DNA of 64,000 nucleotides. It comes from an uncultured Poribacteria bacterium (GTDB taxonomy: Bacteria; Poribacteria; WGA-4E; WGA-3G). Position numbers and translations under genes: made by a program. The stretch is from contig OX638351.1 of NCBI GenBank assembly GCA_951813565.1, positions 416,001 through 480,000 on the forward strand, in the 5' to 3' direction. Below are positions 49,345 through 59,286 of the stretch, piece by piece. How positions within the stretch are numbered: the stretch's first letter is position 1; every line of letters begins with the position of its first letter. The notes below the pieces were generated by a model that worked only from the letters and a program-made list of their open reading frames with translations, was not told where the DNA came from and did no database searches.

Positions 49345-49548
49345 TCATTCGGTATCTTGAAGGCGAAGCACAACTACTTCTGGCATCAAATCTAAAATAG
49401 GATTGAGAGAAGCATATTGTTCAGCGGTGTACCCGCAATCTACACGCCACAACACTTGCACATTGCCCTCATCATAGATAACACCGGTGGCAAGTTTATT
49501 ACCTTTAGCATCTTCTAACTGAAAACTTCTGCGGCGTTTCGTGTCCAT
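49345..49548 (-). CDS. Small hypothetical protein
   Basis: 67-aa ORF with plausible composition. Confidence 0.5.
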   Translation of the reverse strand: MDTKRRRSFQLEDAKGNKLATGVIYDEGNVQVLWRVDCGYTAEQYASLNPILDLMPEVVVLRLQDTE

Positions 49549-49665
49549 AGCAGGACCCTTGCGATGGTGGTTGATGTCAATCTAAGTTATAAAGGTGTAA
49601 TAGTTCAGGATTCACTGCGTTCTGAAGCAATTATCCCACACTCCAGCACTACAAAGAGTCAATTA

Positions 49666-49783
49666 TAGGACTTACGCCATTTTCACGTTTTTTTAATAAT
49701 TATGATTAAAATGTCGTAATTTCAGCAGGATTCTGAGTTTCCAGCGCGCTTACAAAGTGCCTACCGATTGTGCGTAAGTCCTG
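49666..49783. mobile_element. MITE 'D'
   Basis: TIR AGGACTTACGC/GCGTAAGTCCT; 5-bp TSD AATTA (49661-49665, 49784-49788). Confidence 0.8.
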
Positions 49784-49885
49784 AATTAGTGATATATTTC
49801 TTGTTAGAGGGGTTTTCAACCCCGATTTCTTCTGTAGGAGGCGCAATTAATTGCGCGACTACAAACACATATATTCTTAAATTGA

Positions 49886-50455
49886 ACGTGAACTTGATAA
49901 TTAGAATAAATATAGATGTCCGTTGGGTAGAGCGAAGCGAAACCCAATCAACGCTATGAATGCCTTTTGGCGGAATACGCTTTTGGTATTCCGCATGATT
50001 CAGCCAAATCAACGCAGCATGCGCCAAATCAAGAAATCAACGGTATGAATCATGGCGAATGCCATATCAACGCCAAATGCGCTTTTTGGCATTTGGCGGG
50101 TGTAAACTTAAGCACATAATTACCAGATTGTCTCTTGTGGGAGGGGTTTTCAACCCCGATTTCTGATGCTATAGCTTATTATATCGGGCGGACAAGGTCT
50201 CCCTCCCACAAGAGAAAATACAGCATTTTTTCTTAAGTTGACACTTATGGGTAGAGCAGTAGCGAAACCCAACAATTCAACCGTCTTGAGAGTAATAAAG
50301 AGTTGGGTTTCACTTATTTTTTCGGAAATATCGTCCTCAAATAGCTCAACAACCTCTCTTTACGGTCTGTTTTTATTGTCCATTTCCGTTCTACCCCACC
50401 GAATGCCATAGGCGCATTCGGTGTTGATTCCCTACGGGATTTATCAAACTCACGT
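49886..50455. mobile_element. MITE 'B' copy 2 with a nested MITE C and TTGATT hairpins
   Basis: ACGTGAACTTGATAA/TTATCAAACTCACGT; 8-bp TSD TAAATTGA; internal sequence homologous to 3596-4039. Confidence 0.85.
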
Positions 50456-50594
50456 TAAATTGACAGTTATAGGGTTTCACTGCGTTTTACTCAACCTACG
50501 CTGAATTCTTGTCCCGATAGGTTTGGTTTCCTAACCGTACCTTTAACTAATGTCCAATTAATTCTAAAAGCTACTATATTTTATAGTATACACA

Positions 50595-51431
50595 TCAAAG
50601 GTCAACAAAATCGGCGTCTACGCGATGCGGAATCACACCATTTTCATGACCACGGTTGAGCAATTCCTGCACCGCTGTCCTACCGCTCTCTCCATAATCT
50701 AAAGTATAATCATTAACATACATTCCAACGAATTTGTCAGCAAGGTCAGTTTCCATGTCTCGTGCGTAGGTCATTGCATATTCAAGTCCGTGTTCCCGGT
50801 GTTCAAGTGAATATTGAATACTCTGTTTCAATAGTGCTGTGATTGAACGTATTTTTTCTGTGCCGAGGTTGCGGCGAATAACGTTTGCACCAAGAGGTAG
50901 TGGTAATCCAGTCTCTTCGTGCCACCATTCACCTAAATCAACTATTTTGTGAAGTCCTTCGCGCGCGTAAGTTAGTTGTCCTTCATGGATGATGAGTCCT
51001 GCGTCAACTTCGCCTTGTTGAACAGCCTCAATAATCTGATCAAAGCGGTACGTTTTTGTTTCAATATCCGGTTGGAAGAGTTTCATTGTCAGATATGCTG
51101 TGGTCATCTCTCCAGGGATTGCAATCCGTTTACCGGTAAGAGTTTTTATTGGTGCTTTGGAAACGATTAAAGGTCCATACTTATCCCCGATGCTTGCACC
51201 GCACGGCATGAATGCATAATCATTTGCGACATAGGCATACGCGTGAACAGAAATCGCTGTAACTTCAAGTTCTGCTGCCAGTGCGCGTTTGTTCAGGGTT
51301 TCAATGTCTTCTATAACGTGGACAATTTCAAACGATTCAGTTGGAATAAGCCCTTTTGCAAGAGCATAGAACATGAAGGCATCATCAGAATCAGGACTAT
51401 GTCCGATCCTAATTATCTCTGTCTCAGACAT
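50595..51431 (-). CDS. mqnD: 1,4-dihydroxy-6-naphthoate synthase (futalosine menaquinone pathway)
   Basis: IGHSPDSDDAFMFY, DIETLN, IAIPGEMTTA, LIIHEGQLTY, GLPLPLG, MYVNDYT. Confidence 0.92.
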   Translation of the reverse strand: MSETEIIRIGHSPDSDDAFMFYALAKGLIPTESFEIVHVIEDIETLNKRALAAELEVTAISVHAYAYVANDYAFMPCGASIGDKYGPLIVSKAPIKTLTGKRIAIPGEMTTAYLTMKLFQPDIETKTYRFDQIIEAVQQGEVDAGLIIHEGQLTYAREGLHKIVDLGEWWHEETGLPLPLGANVIRRNLGTEKIRSITALLKQSIQYSLEHREHGLEYAMTYARDMETDLADKFVGMYVNDYTLDYGESGRTAVQELLNRGHENGVIPHRVDADFVDL

Positions 51432-51486
51432 CGTGCTTTTCCTTTCTTACATTGTTATTGCTGTCTGTTTGTGTTATCATGATAAC

Positions 51487-52422
51487 ATGGCGGCACGAAA
51501 ATATCTCTATCTTATGGCGATTCCGTCTCAACTTACAGAACTGGCATCCGCGGAATCGGTTGCGTTGACCGGTGTTGCTCCAGATGCGTATGGCATCACA
51601 GTTTCGGGAACGTGTGTTGATGTACGCTGTGGCGCTTATGTCAAAAGTTGCACCGAAGTTCTCTTTGAAACTGATAGCGTCTCAGAACTCTATGTGAACA
51701 TCCGCTCTGCAGATTTATATGCGGACGACTTTCGGGTGTCCGTTGTTAAAAAGCCTCGTAACATGAATGTTGACTCAATGGCGTTAACACGTCAGATAGG
51801 TAGTATCATTGGCGGTAAGCCAAATTTATCATCTCCACAAGTTGTCTTTCTAACCGTTATTACCCCTAAAAAAATATGGTTCGGTCGCCTTCTTTCGGAA
51901 TCTGATGGCATGTGGGTTGCACACGATCAGCGTCCGCACGTGACTTCCAGTTCACTCCCTGCAAGGCTGGCTCGCGCATTTGTTAACCTTGTAGCTTCTC
52001 CCGGTGACCATCTGCTTGATCCCTGTTGCGGTACCGGGACAATTGTAATGTCGGCTGCACATTGCGGCATTCATGCATCAGGTTACGATATCAATCCGCG
52101 CATGGTCGGTGCAACAACCAAGAATCTTGATCATTACGGACTTACGGCTGACGTGCAATTAGGCGATGCGCGCACGATACAGCAAAGGTTCAACGTAGTT
52201 GCTACAGATCTGCCTTACGGTATAAACCTTGTTAAGGATACCGCCGCCACAAAAGAGATTCTAACAAATCTACGGTCCTGTGCTCCGAAAACTGGATTTA
52301 TTGACATTCGCGATCTCAGCCAACCGCTTGCTGATTTGGGGTATCAAGTAAAGACTATTATTCCTGTCCCAAAGATGCGTCTTGTCCGGCGTATTTTCAT
52401 TGCCATCAGTGATGATCAATAG
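51487..52422 (+). CDS. TRM11/UPF0020-like SAM-dependent RNA methyltransferase
   Basis: SSLPARLARA, LDPCCGTGTI, TDLPYG. Confidence 0.8.
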   Translation: MAARKYLYLMAIPSQLTELASAESVALTGVAPDAYGITVSGTCVDVRCGAYVKSCTEVLFETDSVSELYVNIRSADLYADDFRVSVVKKPRNMNVDSMALTRQIGSIIGGKPNLSSPQVVFLTVITPKKIWFGRLLSESDGMWVAHDQRPHVTSSSLPARLARAFVNLVASPGDHLLDPCCGTGTIVMSAAHCGIHASGYDINPRMVGATTKNLDHYGLTADVQLGDARTIQQRFNVVATDLPYGINLVKDTAATKEILTNLRSCAPKTGFIDIRDLSQPLADLGYQVKTIIPVPKMRLVRRIFIAISDDQ

Positions 52423-52847
52423 TCATCAATATTTTCATAAAAATCAGTTTCTGGCAAGTACTCACCTTCGTCGAGTTCCTCTTCTTCATAGTCTTCATAT
52501 TCATCTAAATCCAAAAGCGAGTCAAGTTCGCTGAGATTGTCAATGTAGATTTTACAAATCCAACCATCACCTTCCGGGACGCTATTGATGAGTTCGATAT
52601 CTTCTTCAAGTGCTAAATTGACTTCGTAAATCTCTCCAGCAACAGGTGCATAGAGATAAAAGTTTCCGCCAGTTTCGGTTTCAATTCTACCAACAATTTC
52701 ACCTTGTTCACATTCTTGTTCAGGGGACACATCAACAAAAATAATCTCACCGTAAAGGTGTTGAGCGCGCTCTGTAATGCCGATAGTTCCCTCTGTGTCA
52801 ACAACTTCAATCCATTCGTGCGTAGTCGTATATTTTACGGTGCTCAA
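52416..52847 (-). CDS. Glycine cleavage H-like protein lacking the canonical lipoyl-Lys
   Basis: KYTTTHEWI, TIGITERAQ..GEIIFV, APVAGEIYEVN, INS.P..DGWI; IETET in place of VESVK. Confidence 0.85.
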   Translation of the reverse strand: MSTVKYTTTHEWIEVVDTEGTIGITERAQHLYGEIIFVDVSPEQECEQGEIVGRIETETGGNFYLYAPVAGEIYEVNLALEEDIELINSVPEGDGWICKIYIDNLSELDSLLDLDEYEDYEEEELDEGEYLPETDFYENIDDY

Positions 52848-52867
52848 CGTGCATTCCTCCAAAAAAT

Positions 52868-52930
52868 TACAGTAAAACTAATCATTTATACACTGCGGTA
52901 GGTGTTCACATGTTTTTAGATTTTACTATA
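52868..52930. mobile_element. Short IS630-type MITE
   Basis: TACAGTAAAACTAA...TAGATTTTACTATA. Confidence 0.55.
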
Positions 52931-52934
52931 AACA

Positions 52935-53537
52935 TCACTGTAAACCTTGTATTTTAATCCCGATGCTTTGAAGTTGTGCGTGGAAAGTTTCCAGCACTTT
53001 TTGCTGAATCTGAATTGCGATAATTGGGTCTGGGTCATATTCAATATTTACTACTTGTCCTCCCAAGCGTTTACATAGTGTAACAACTGCCCCTATATGG
53101 CTATAGGGGACCTTTAAGTATAGGTCGTGATAAAAAGTACAAATCTCTAAGATGGCATTTTCGAGGCATGCGCGTGCACACGCGCTGTACGCTCTAATCA
53201 ATCCACCAATTCCAAGGTTGATACCTCCATAATACCTTGCAACAACGATTATTGTGTTAGATAATCCAGCAGCACGAATTGTGCCGAGGATAGGGGGACC
53301 TGCTGAATGTGTCGGTTCACCCGCATCTGTCGAATATTCTATTTTTTCATCGCCATTACCGAGTCTGTAAGCATAACAGTAGTGGGTAGCTTGACGGATT
53401 CGTGTTCTGACACCAGCAACAAATCTTTTAACAGCATCAGGGTTATTTACTGCCGATGCTTCTCCAAAAAACCTTGATTTTTTGACTACATGTTTAGCAG
53501 TAGCGATTCCAACAATTGTTTGGTACTCGCCTGACAT
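52935..53537 (-). CDS. YigZ/IMPACT family protein
   Basis: VKKSRF, ATHYCYAY, DAGEPTHSAG, RYYGGINLGIGGLIRAY. Confidence 0.92.
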   Translation of the reverse strand: MSGEYQTIVGIATAKHVVKKSRFFGEASAVNNPDAVKRFVAGVRTRIRQATHYCYAYRLGNGDEKIEYSTDAGEPTHSAGPPILGTIRAAGLSNTIIVVARYYGGINLGIGGLIRAYSACARACLENAILEICTFYHDLYLKVPYSHIGAVVTLCKRLGGQVVNIEYDPDPIIAIQIQQKVLETFHAQLQSIGIKIQGLQ

Positions 53538-53651
53538 AATTCATACACCCGTAACATCGGACACTGCGTCCGTCTAAGTGTTTGGAAGTTTTCCGATAAA
53601 TGTATATTTTAAAATAAGATGTTCAAGACAGTATAAAGGTATCAAAAGCGT

Positions 53652-54806
53652 TTAAAAATCCTGTCCAATGGAAAAGGTATAGACAGCAGAACCTTGAGCA
53701 ATTTGAATGCGTTCATCCTCGGATACAGTCGGCATGAATTGAGGAATATAAGCGGCATTTAGTATTATGTTTCCAAACCGCACGCCAAATCCTAAGCAGA
53801 GACCTTCCGCTTTCCAATTTCGTTCTTCCATCTCAAGTGTAGCATCTTCTAAAAGAAAAACAGAAGCATAACGTTTTTCAATATCCCTGAGGTATCCAAT
53901 TCTACCGCCAATACGATCATGAAACCAAAACTCAGCCCCGAGGTTAACTCGCATGCCATCACTAAAAGGCGGGTGTAAATCTAACCCGAGACGCAAAGCC
54001 GTGTTTGCAATTTCGCGTTGATATGTTATACCAGCAATAACATCACGGCGAATTTTATCTGGAATAGTAGGGTCAACAAATGATAACCCATTACTCAAAT
54101 TACGGACGACAAGACCTACCTGAATTGCGTCTCCAAATCTCTGAATAAGTCCAATATTATAGGCATACCCACGTCCGAAATGCTCTACCCCCAACACATC
54201 AGTAACCTTAGACCGCAACCATTTTGCATCAAATCCAACGACAGTGCTTCCAAAGTAATTTAAACCGTAACCGAGTCCGACAGCAAGGTTATTTTCTGGA
54301 AAGTTGTTGAGTGCTTTTCCTTGATGGCTAACACGGCGAAAATTGCCCTCATGTGCTGTAGATAAAGCAAAACCTATAGTGCCGAACTTGCCTATTGGAA
54401 ATGCCCAATTCAATGTTTCAACGCCCGAAGCGCGCTGTTCATACTGGCTATAATCCTCGTAGTTCGCATTGAAATTCGGTTTAGAAATTAGCGCGATGGT
54501 ACGCGGAAAACGGGTCATGTGAATTACAAATCGATCTCCTTTAGTAACGCTTATTCCAGCAGGGTTGTTACCAAGAGCGTTTGCGCCACTGGTTGCCCCA
54601 ACAAAACTACCACCCATTCCACGATGTTCAGCGCCAAGCAACTGTTTGAGAAATCTGTCTGCTTCTGCGGTTGTGTTTGCCACTGAGGCAATGCTATTTG
54701 AAATGGAAAAACAGAAAACGAGGTAAAATACACAAATCAACAACGAAATTTGTAAACACTGTAGTGACAGAATCCAATTGTGCGAAATTTGCAATTTTCT
54801 TTTCAC
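53652..54806 (-). CDS. PorV/PorQ-like outer-membrane beta-barrel
   Basis: GAEHRGMGG....A.....NNPAG motif, amphipathic strands, terminal Phe; GTG start at 54806 (the longer ORF extends into a MITE). Confidence 0.72.
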   Translation of the reverse strand: MKRKLQISHNWILSLQCLQISLLICVFYLVFCFSISNSIASVANTTAEADRFLKQLLGAEHRGMGGSFVGATSGANALGNNPAGISVTKGDRFVIHMTRFPRTIALISKPNFNANYEDYSQYEQRASGVETLNWAFPIGKFGTIGFALSTAHEGNFRRVSHQGKALNNFPENNLAVGLGYGLNYFGSTVVGFDAKWLRSKVTDVLGVEHFGRGYAYNIGLIQRFGDAIQVGLVVRNLSNGLSFVDPTIPDKIRRDVIAGITYQREIANTALRLGLDLHPPFSDGMRVNLGAEFWFHDRIGGRIGYLRDIEKRYASVFLLEDATLEMEERNWKAEGLCLGFGVRFGNIILNAAYIPQFMPTVSEDERIQIAQGSAVYTFSIGQDF

Positions 54807-54865
54807 CTTCTTACTTACTCCAAAGATATGTGTGAGTATATTATGTAACGTCAGTATATTATGTA

Positions 54866-55694
54866 ACGGGAGTTCGGAAATGCCGTAGGTTGGGTAGAAT
54901 AACGTGAAACCCATAGGTGTAAACTTAAGGATTTTAACCTCTGTTTTTCTGTTTCAGCCCGCCAAATGCGTTATGCACGTTTGGCGTTGATTTGGACATG
55001 GTAGTAGGCACGCGCCGCGTGCCGTCCACAAGTGAATAGATTACGGCGGCCGGAGTATGCCTACTACTTTGCATTGCACATCTTTTCTTAAGTTGACACT
55101 ATGTGTCTCCTGTGTTTAACCCAATAGGTGTAAACTTAAGGATACACCTTCTTGTGGGAGTGAATCAACGCCAAATGCGCTTTTTGGCATTTGGCGGGTT
55201 TTCAACCCCGATTTACTTGGTTGAATCTCGAAAATCGGTCGGACAAGGTCTCCCTCCCACAAGAGAAAATCCAACATTTTTTTCTTAAGTTTACACCCGC
55301 AGCATGCCATACGCGCATGCTGCGTTGATTTATGGGTTTCGCTCCGCTTTATCCATAGGTGTCAATTTAGCGGTTCGCCACATTAGTAGGCGCGTTTTAT
55401 AAACGCGTCGTTAGACAATTTTTAGCACAGATATAGCGCGTGGACAAAACGCGCTACCTTTGGGTAATAAATCGGGCTTAGAAAGCCCTCCCACAAGAAA
55501 ATCAGGCACTAAGTTTACACCTATGGGTTTCGCTGCGCTTTATCCCGCCAAATCATGCAGCATACCATACGGGGAATGCCTAAAGACGAATGCACATATG
55601 GCATTCGCCATGATTCATACCGTTGATTTGGCGTATGCTGCATGATTTGGTGTTGATTCCCTACATTTACATTTGGATATTATCAAACTCACGT
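54866..55694. mobile_element. MITE 'B' copy 3 containing three tandem MITE C copies, REP hairpins and TTGATT hairpins
   Basis: Degenerate left end ACGGGAGTTCGGAAA, right end TTATCAAACTCACGT, 6-bp TSD TATGTA; MITE C at 54912-55103, 55123-55334, 55354-55525. Confidence 0.75.
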
Positions 55695-55797
55695 TATGTA
55701 TATGAGAATCTGGTAGACTACGCACATGTAAACGAAAACACGAAATTTAGTTGATAGAACAACTCTTTTTCTTCAATAGAACGAATCTTTTTCTTAA

Positions 55798-56193
55798 CTA
55801 AGCAGAACAAAGTGTCACTTGTGCTACAGCGTAATCAACTGCATGTGATAGACTAACAAAACTTGTAACGACACCGAGTTCTGATGCGTATTCCTTTACT
55901 TTTCCGTGTAAAATAAGCGATGGTTTCCCAACAGTATTCGCGCAAATTTCTACATCCTGCCAGTACATCCCGACTGTTAAACCTGTACCGAGTGCTTTCA
56001 GAGTCGCCTCCTTTGCGGCGAACCGAGCGGCAAGTCTCGAATAACGAACCGGTGTTTTTCCACAATATGCAAGTTCCTGAGGCGTATAGACGCGATGTTC
56101 AAACTTACTCCCCCACCGAAGCGAGAGTAGTCTAATCCGTTCGACCTCAATAATATCTATGCCAATCCCTTGGATTTTTTGTTGGAGCATCAA
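55798..56193 (-). CDS. acpS: Holo-[acyl-carrier-protein] synthase
   Basis: GIGIDIIE, LAARFAAKEA.LKALGTG, VSLSH. Confidence 0.95.
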   Translation of the reverse strand: MMLQQKIQGIGIDIIEVERIRLLSLRWGSKFEHRVYTPQELAYCGKTPVRYSRLAARFAAKEATLKALGTGLTVGMYWQDVEICANTVGKPSLILHGKVKEYASELGVVTSFVSLSHAVDYAVAQVTLCSA

Positions 56194-56213
56194 TTTTGTG
56201 AGTTGTTTCTGAT

Positions 56214-57044
56214 TTACCGATAAAGGGCATCTGTCATCCGTGCTGCGCGGGTTGTAGCCTTCACATCATGAACACGTACAATATCTGCTCCATGTGCGAT
56301 TGCCCAACATACTGTTGCGATAGTGCCTTCAACCCTTTCGGTCACAGGTAGATCTAACAGGTTACCGATAAAAGATTTCCGTGATGTCCCGATTAATATC
56401 GGTTTGTTTAGTTGCTTGAATACGTCAAGATGCTTTAGAATCTGTAAGTTCTGTTTGATAGTTTTGCCAAATCCGATGCCGGGGTCTACAATGATACGGT
56501 CAGGGTCGATCCCATTTTGCGTTGCATCACCAATCCAATTTTTTAATGCCTCGCAAACCTCTTTCACAACATTTTCATACTGTGGTGCGCGTTGCATGGT
56601 GCGTGGTGTTCCCTTCATATGCATAAGGATAACACCAGCTTCCATTTCTGCTGCGACGTGCACCATCGCGATATCCCCGCGAAGTGCAGTAATATCGTTG
56701 ATGATGTGTGCCCCAGCTGCAAGCGCGTGTTTCGCCACCACAGCTTTTACTGTATCAATAGAGAGCGGAACGTCCAGTTTTTCAGAAACGAGTCCTCGGA
56801 TAACAGGTAATACCCTGTCTAATTCTATGTCTGCAGGCACCGGTTCTGCCCCTGGACGCGATGATTCTCCTCCAATGTCAATAATAGTCGCCCCCTCTGC
56901 TACCATGGTTTTAGCATGTGTAATCGCGGTATCAATATTATTAAGGTAAGCACCGCCATCTGAAAAAGAATCGGGGGTGACGTTCAGGACACCCATGATA
57001 TGGGTACTGCCGCCAAAAGTGAGCGATTTACCACGGCAGTTCAT
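56214..57044 (-). CDS. folP: Dihydropteroate synthase
   Basis: [46 protein letters not shown]. Confidence 0.97.
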   Translation of the reverse strand: MNCRGKSLTFGGSTHIMGVLNVTPDSFSDGGAYLNNIDTAITHAKTMVAEGATIIDIGGESSRPGAEPVPADIELDRVLPVIRGLVSEKLDVPLSIDTVKAVVAKHALAAGAHIINDITALRGDIAMVHVAAEMEAGVILMHMKGTPRTMQRAPQYENVVKEVCEALKNWIGDATQNGIDPDRIIVDPGIGFGKTIKQNLQILKHLDVFKQLNKPILIGTSRKSFIGNLLDLPVTERVEGTIATVCWAIAHGADIVRVHDVKATTRAARMTDALYR

Positions 57045-58936
57045 GTGAGGGGTTTAGCTGGTAACTGTGGTCGGGGCCCGAGGATCTCTTCTATCTCTTC
57101 TGTAATTAGTGTTTCCCGTTCTAATAAGGCATCAGCGAGCAATTTCAAACCATCAAAGTTTATCTCTATAATCTCTTTCGCCTTTTTGTAACACTCCATT
57201 ATGATGTCGTAAACGGCTTTATCAATAGCGATCGCTGTGTCTTCACTGTAATCTTGGTGTACTGCCAATTCTTTGCCAAGGAAGACCTGTTCGTCTCTTC
57301 TGCCAAAAGCCAATGGGCCCAACGGACTCATGCCCCATTGTGTAACCATTCGACGGGCAAGATGGGTTGCCTGTTCAAAATCGTTTTGTGCACCAGTCGT
57401 CTGTTCACCGAAGATAATTTCTTCGGCAACACGCCCACCGAGTGCAAAGATAATATGTGCGAGCAACCTTTTCTTACTTAGGTTATGCCGTTCTTCAAGT
57501 GGGAGCATAGCCGTTACACCAAGTGCTCTACCACGAGGCACGATTGTACATTTATAGTTAGGATCACTTTCTGGCACAAAATGCAACATGAGTGCATGTC
57601 CTGCTTCATGATAGGCAGTGATACGTCTTTCTTCCTCACTAATCACCAAACTACGGCGTTCAGGACCCATCAAGACGCGATCTTTAGCTTCATCAAAGCA
57701 ACTCATGTCGATCGTTTCTTTGTCTTGCCTCGCGGCAAGCAATGCTGCTTCATTCGCCATATTTTTTAGGTCCGCGCCTGAGAATCCTGGCGTTGCTTTT
57801 GCTAATATTTCCAAGTCAACATCCTCAGAGATTTTGTAGGGTTCTTTTGTGTGAACTCCGAGAATGGCTTGTCTGCCTCGGACATCGGGTAAATCAACGA
57901 TAATCTGACGGTCAAACCTGCCGGGACGTAATAGGGCAGGGTCAAGAACATCGGGACGGTTTGTAGCTGCAATCACAATAACGCCTTCAGATGCCTCAAA
58001 ACCTTGCATTCCAACAAGAAGTTGATTTAAAGTTTGTTCGCGTTCATCGTGTCCACCGCCGATGCCAGCACCTCGGTGACGCCCAACAGCATCAAGCTCA
58101 TCAATAAAAATGATACAAGGTGCGTTTTTCTTGCCTGTTTCAAATAGGTCACGGACTCTGGATGCACCAACCCCGACAAACATTTCAACAAAATCGGAGC
58201 CGCTTATGTCGAAAAATGGCACATCTGCTTCACCCGCAACGGCTTGTGCCAGCATCGTTTTACCTGTACCGGGAGGACCGACTAACAGCACACCTGTAGG
58301 AATTGTCCCACCAAGCCGCTCAAACTTCTTAGGTGCTTTGAGAAATTCTATAATTTCTTCAAGTGCTTCTTTCGCCTCGTCTACCCCCGCAACATCTTCA
58401 AAGGTAACCTTCTTATCACTTTCAGTATAGAGTGTAGCGCGGCTTTTACCAAAGGAAAGTGCGCGGTTTCCGCTTCCCTGCATCTGCCGAGATAGGAAAA
58501 TCATCAGACCCAGGAATATCAATAATGGCACTACCGTCGTACCGAAAACAAGCAACCATTCGGGGAAATTAGAAGCAGGTTTAGCATCGTAGGGAATTTT
58601 ATTTTTATCAAGTTTTTCCTGAATTTTGTAATCATCATTTGGGTCACGACTCGTCTTAAATTCTCCCGACCATTTGGGTGGGAGAACTACCGCTTTTTCC
58701 TCCATATCTCGCACGATTCCTGGCAGGTAATTCTCAGCAAATTTACCCGTAATCCATTCATCATCAAGAATCAAGTAGCCGTCAAAGAGGTTGGCTTCCT
58801 GTGTTATATAGTTATGAAAGTCAGATGTTGCTAACTGGTGAACCTGGTCACTGCGGTTGATAAGTTGGTAGATAGCGACAATAACGACTAACCCCAAAAT
58901 AAACCACACAAACATGTTTTTTGTGTTCTTGTTCAC
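57041..58936 (-). CDS. ftsH: ATP-dependent zinc metalloprotease FtsH
   Basis: Two TMs, [41 protein letters not shown]. Confidence 0.98.
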   Translation of the reverse strand: MNKNTKNMFVWFILGLVVIVAIYQLINRSDQVHQLATSDFHNYITQEANLFDGYLILDDEWITGKFAENYLPGIVRDMEEKAVVLPPKWSGEFKTSRDPNDDYKIQEKLDKNKIPYDAKPASNFPEWLLVFGTTVVPLLIFLGLMIFLSRQMQGSGNRALSFGKSRATLYTESDKKVTFEDVAGVDEAKEALEEIIEFLKAPKKFERLGGTIPTGVLLVGPPGTGKTMLAQAVAGEADVPFFDISGSDFVEMFVGVGASRVRDLFETGKKNAPCIIFIDELDAVGRHRGAGIGGGHDEREQTLNQLLVGMQGFEASEGVIVIAATNRPDVLDPALLRPGRFDRQIIVDLPDVRGRQAILGVHTKEPYKISEDVDLEILAKATPGFSGADLKNMANEAALLAARQDKETIDMSCFDEAKDRVLMGPERRSLVISEEERRITAYHEAGHALMLHFVPESDPNYKCTIVPRGRALGVTAMLPLEERHNLSKKRLLAHIIFALGGRVAEEIIFGEQTTGAQNDFEQATHLARRMVTQWGMSPLGPLAFGRRDEQVFLGKELAVHQDYSEDTAIAIDKAVYDIIMECYKKAKEIIEINFDGLKLLADALLERETLITEEIEEILGPRPQLPAKPLT

Positions 58937-59286
58937 AACCTATTGCCTCGTTCTACATTAAAATTTATCGTACTTGGAGCGATGCTGTAGACCATAGCAC
59001 GCATTCAGGATAGATCTCAATTAAGTACGCCCAAGCAATTTTAGTGATAATATGCTTGCTTCGCGTGTATCTTTGGAAATATGTTTAAAACTTTGTGAGT
59101 AAATTATAACATACTTTTTGCTTAATAGCAACTGAATTTGAAAAATTCTTCTCTCTCTCACCACTACTAATAAAGTTCTAACTGATTATACTTTTTCCTT
59201 AGTGGCAATTTAGACATCTTGAAACACGAAGGAGTGTCCCAAATTTACACTTAAAATTAATTTTAGTTGACAAAAGTAAATTAACT

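Noticed and set aside
49761..50027. Small ORFs in repeat regions (also 3946-4170, 17012-17251, 55103-55645, 61742-61942)
   Set aside because: They lie within MITE/REP nests and show no protein motifs; likely chance frames
54807..54914. N-terminal LHNILT repeat of the PorV-like ORF
   Set aside because: Derived from an 18-bp upstream duplication and MITE sequence; the real start is probably the GTG at 54806
54866..55694. CRISPR array
   Set aside because: The recurring units are inverted MITE ends, REP hairpins and 19-bp duplications separated by 170-210 bp; no cas genes
56323..56949. Long antisense ORFs (208 aa opposite folP; others opposite the sulfatase, tsaD, ftsH and corrinoid genes)
   Set aside because: Shadow frames of well-supported genes on the other strand
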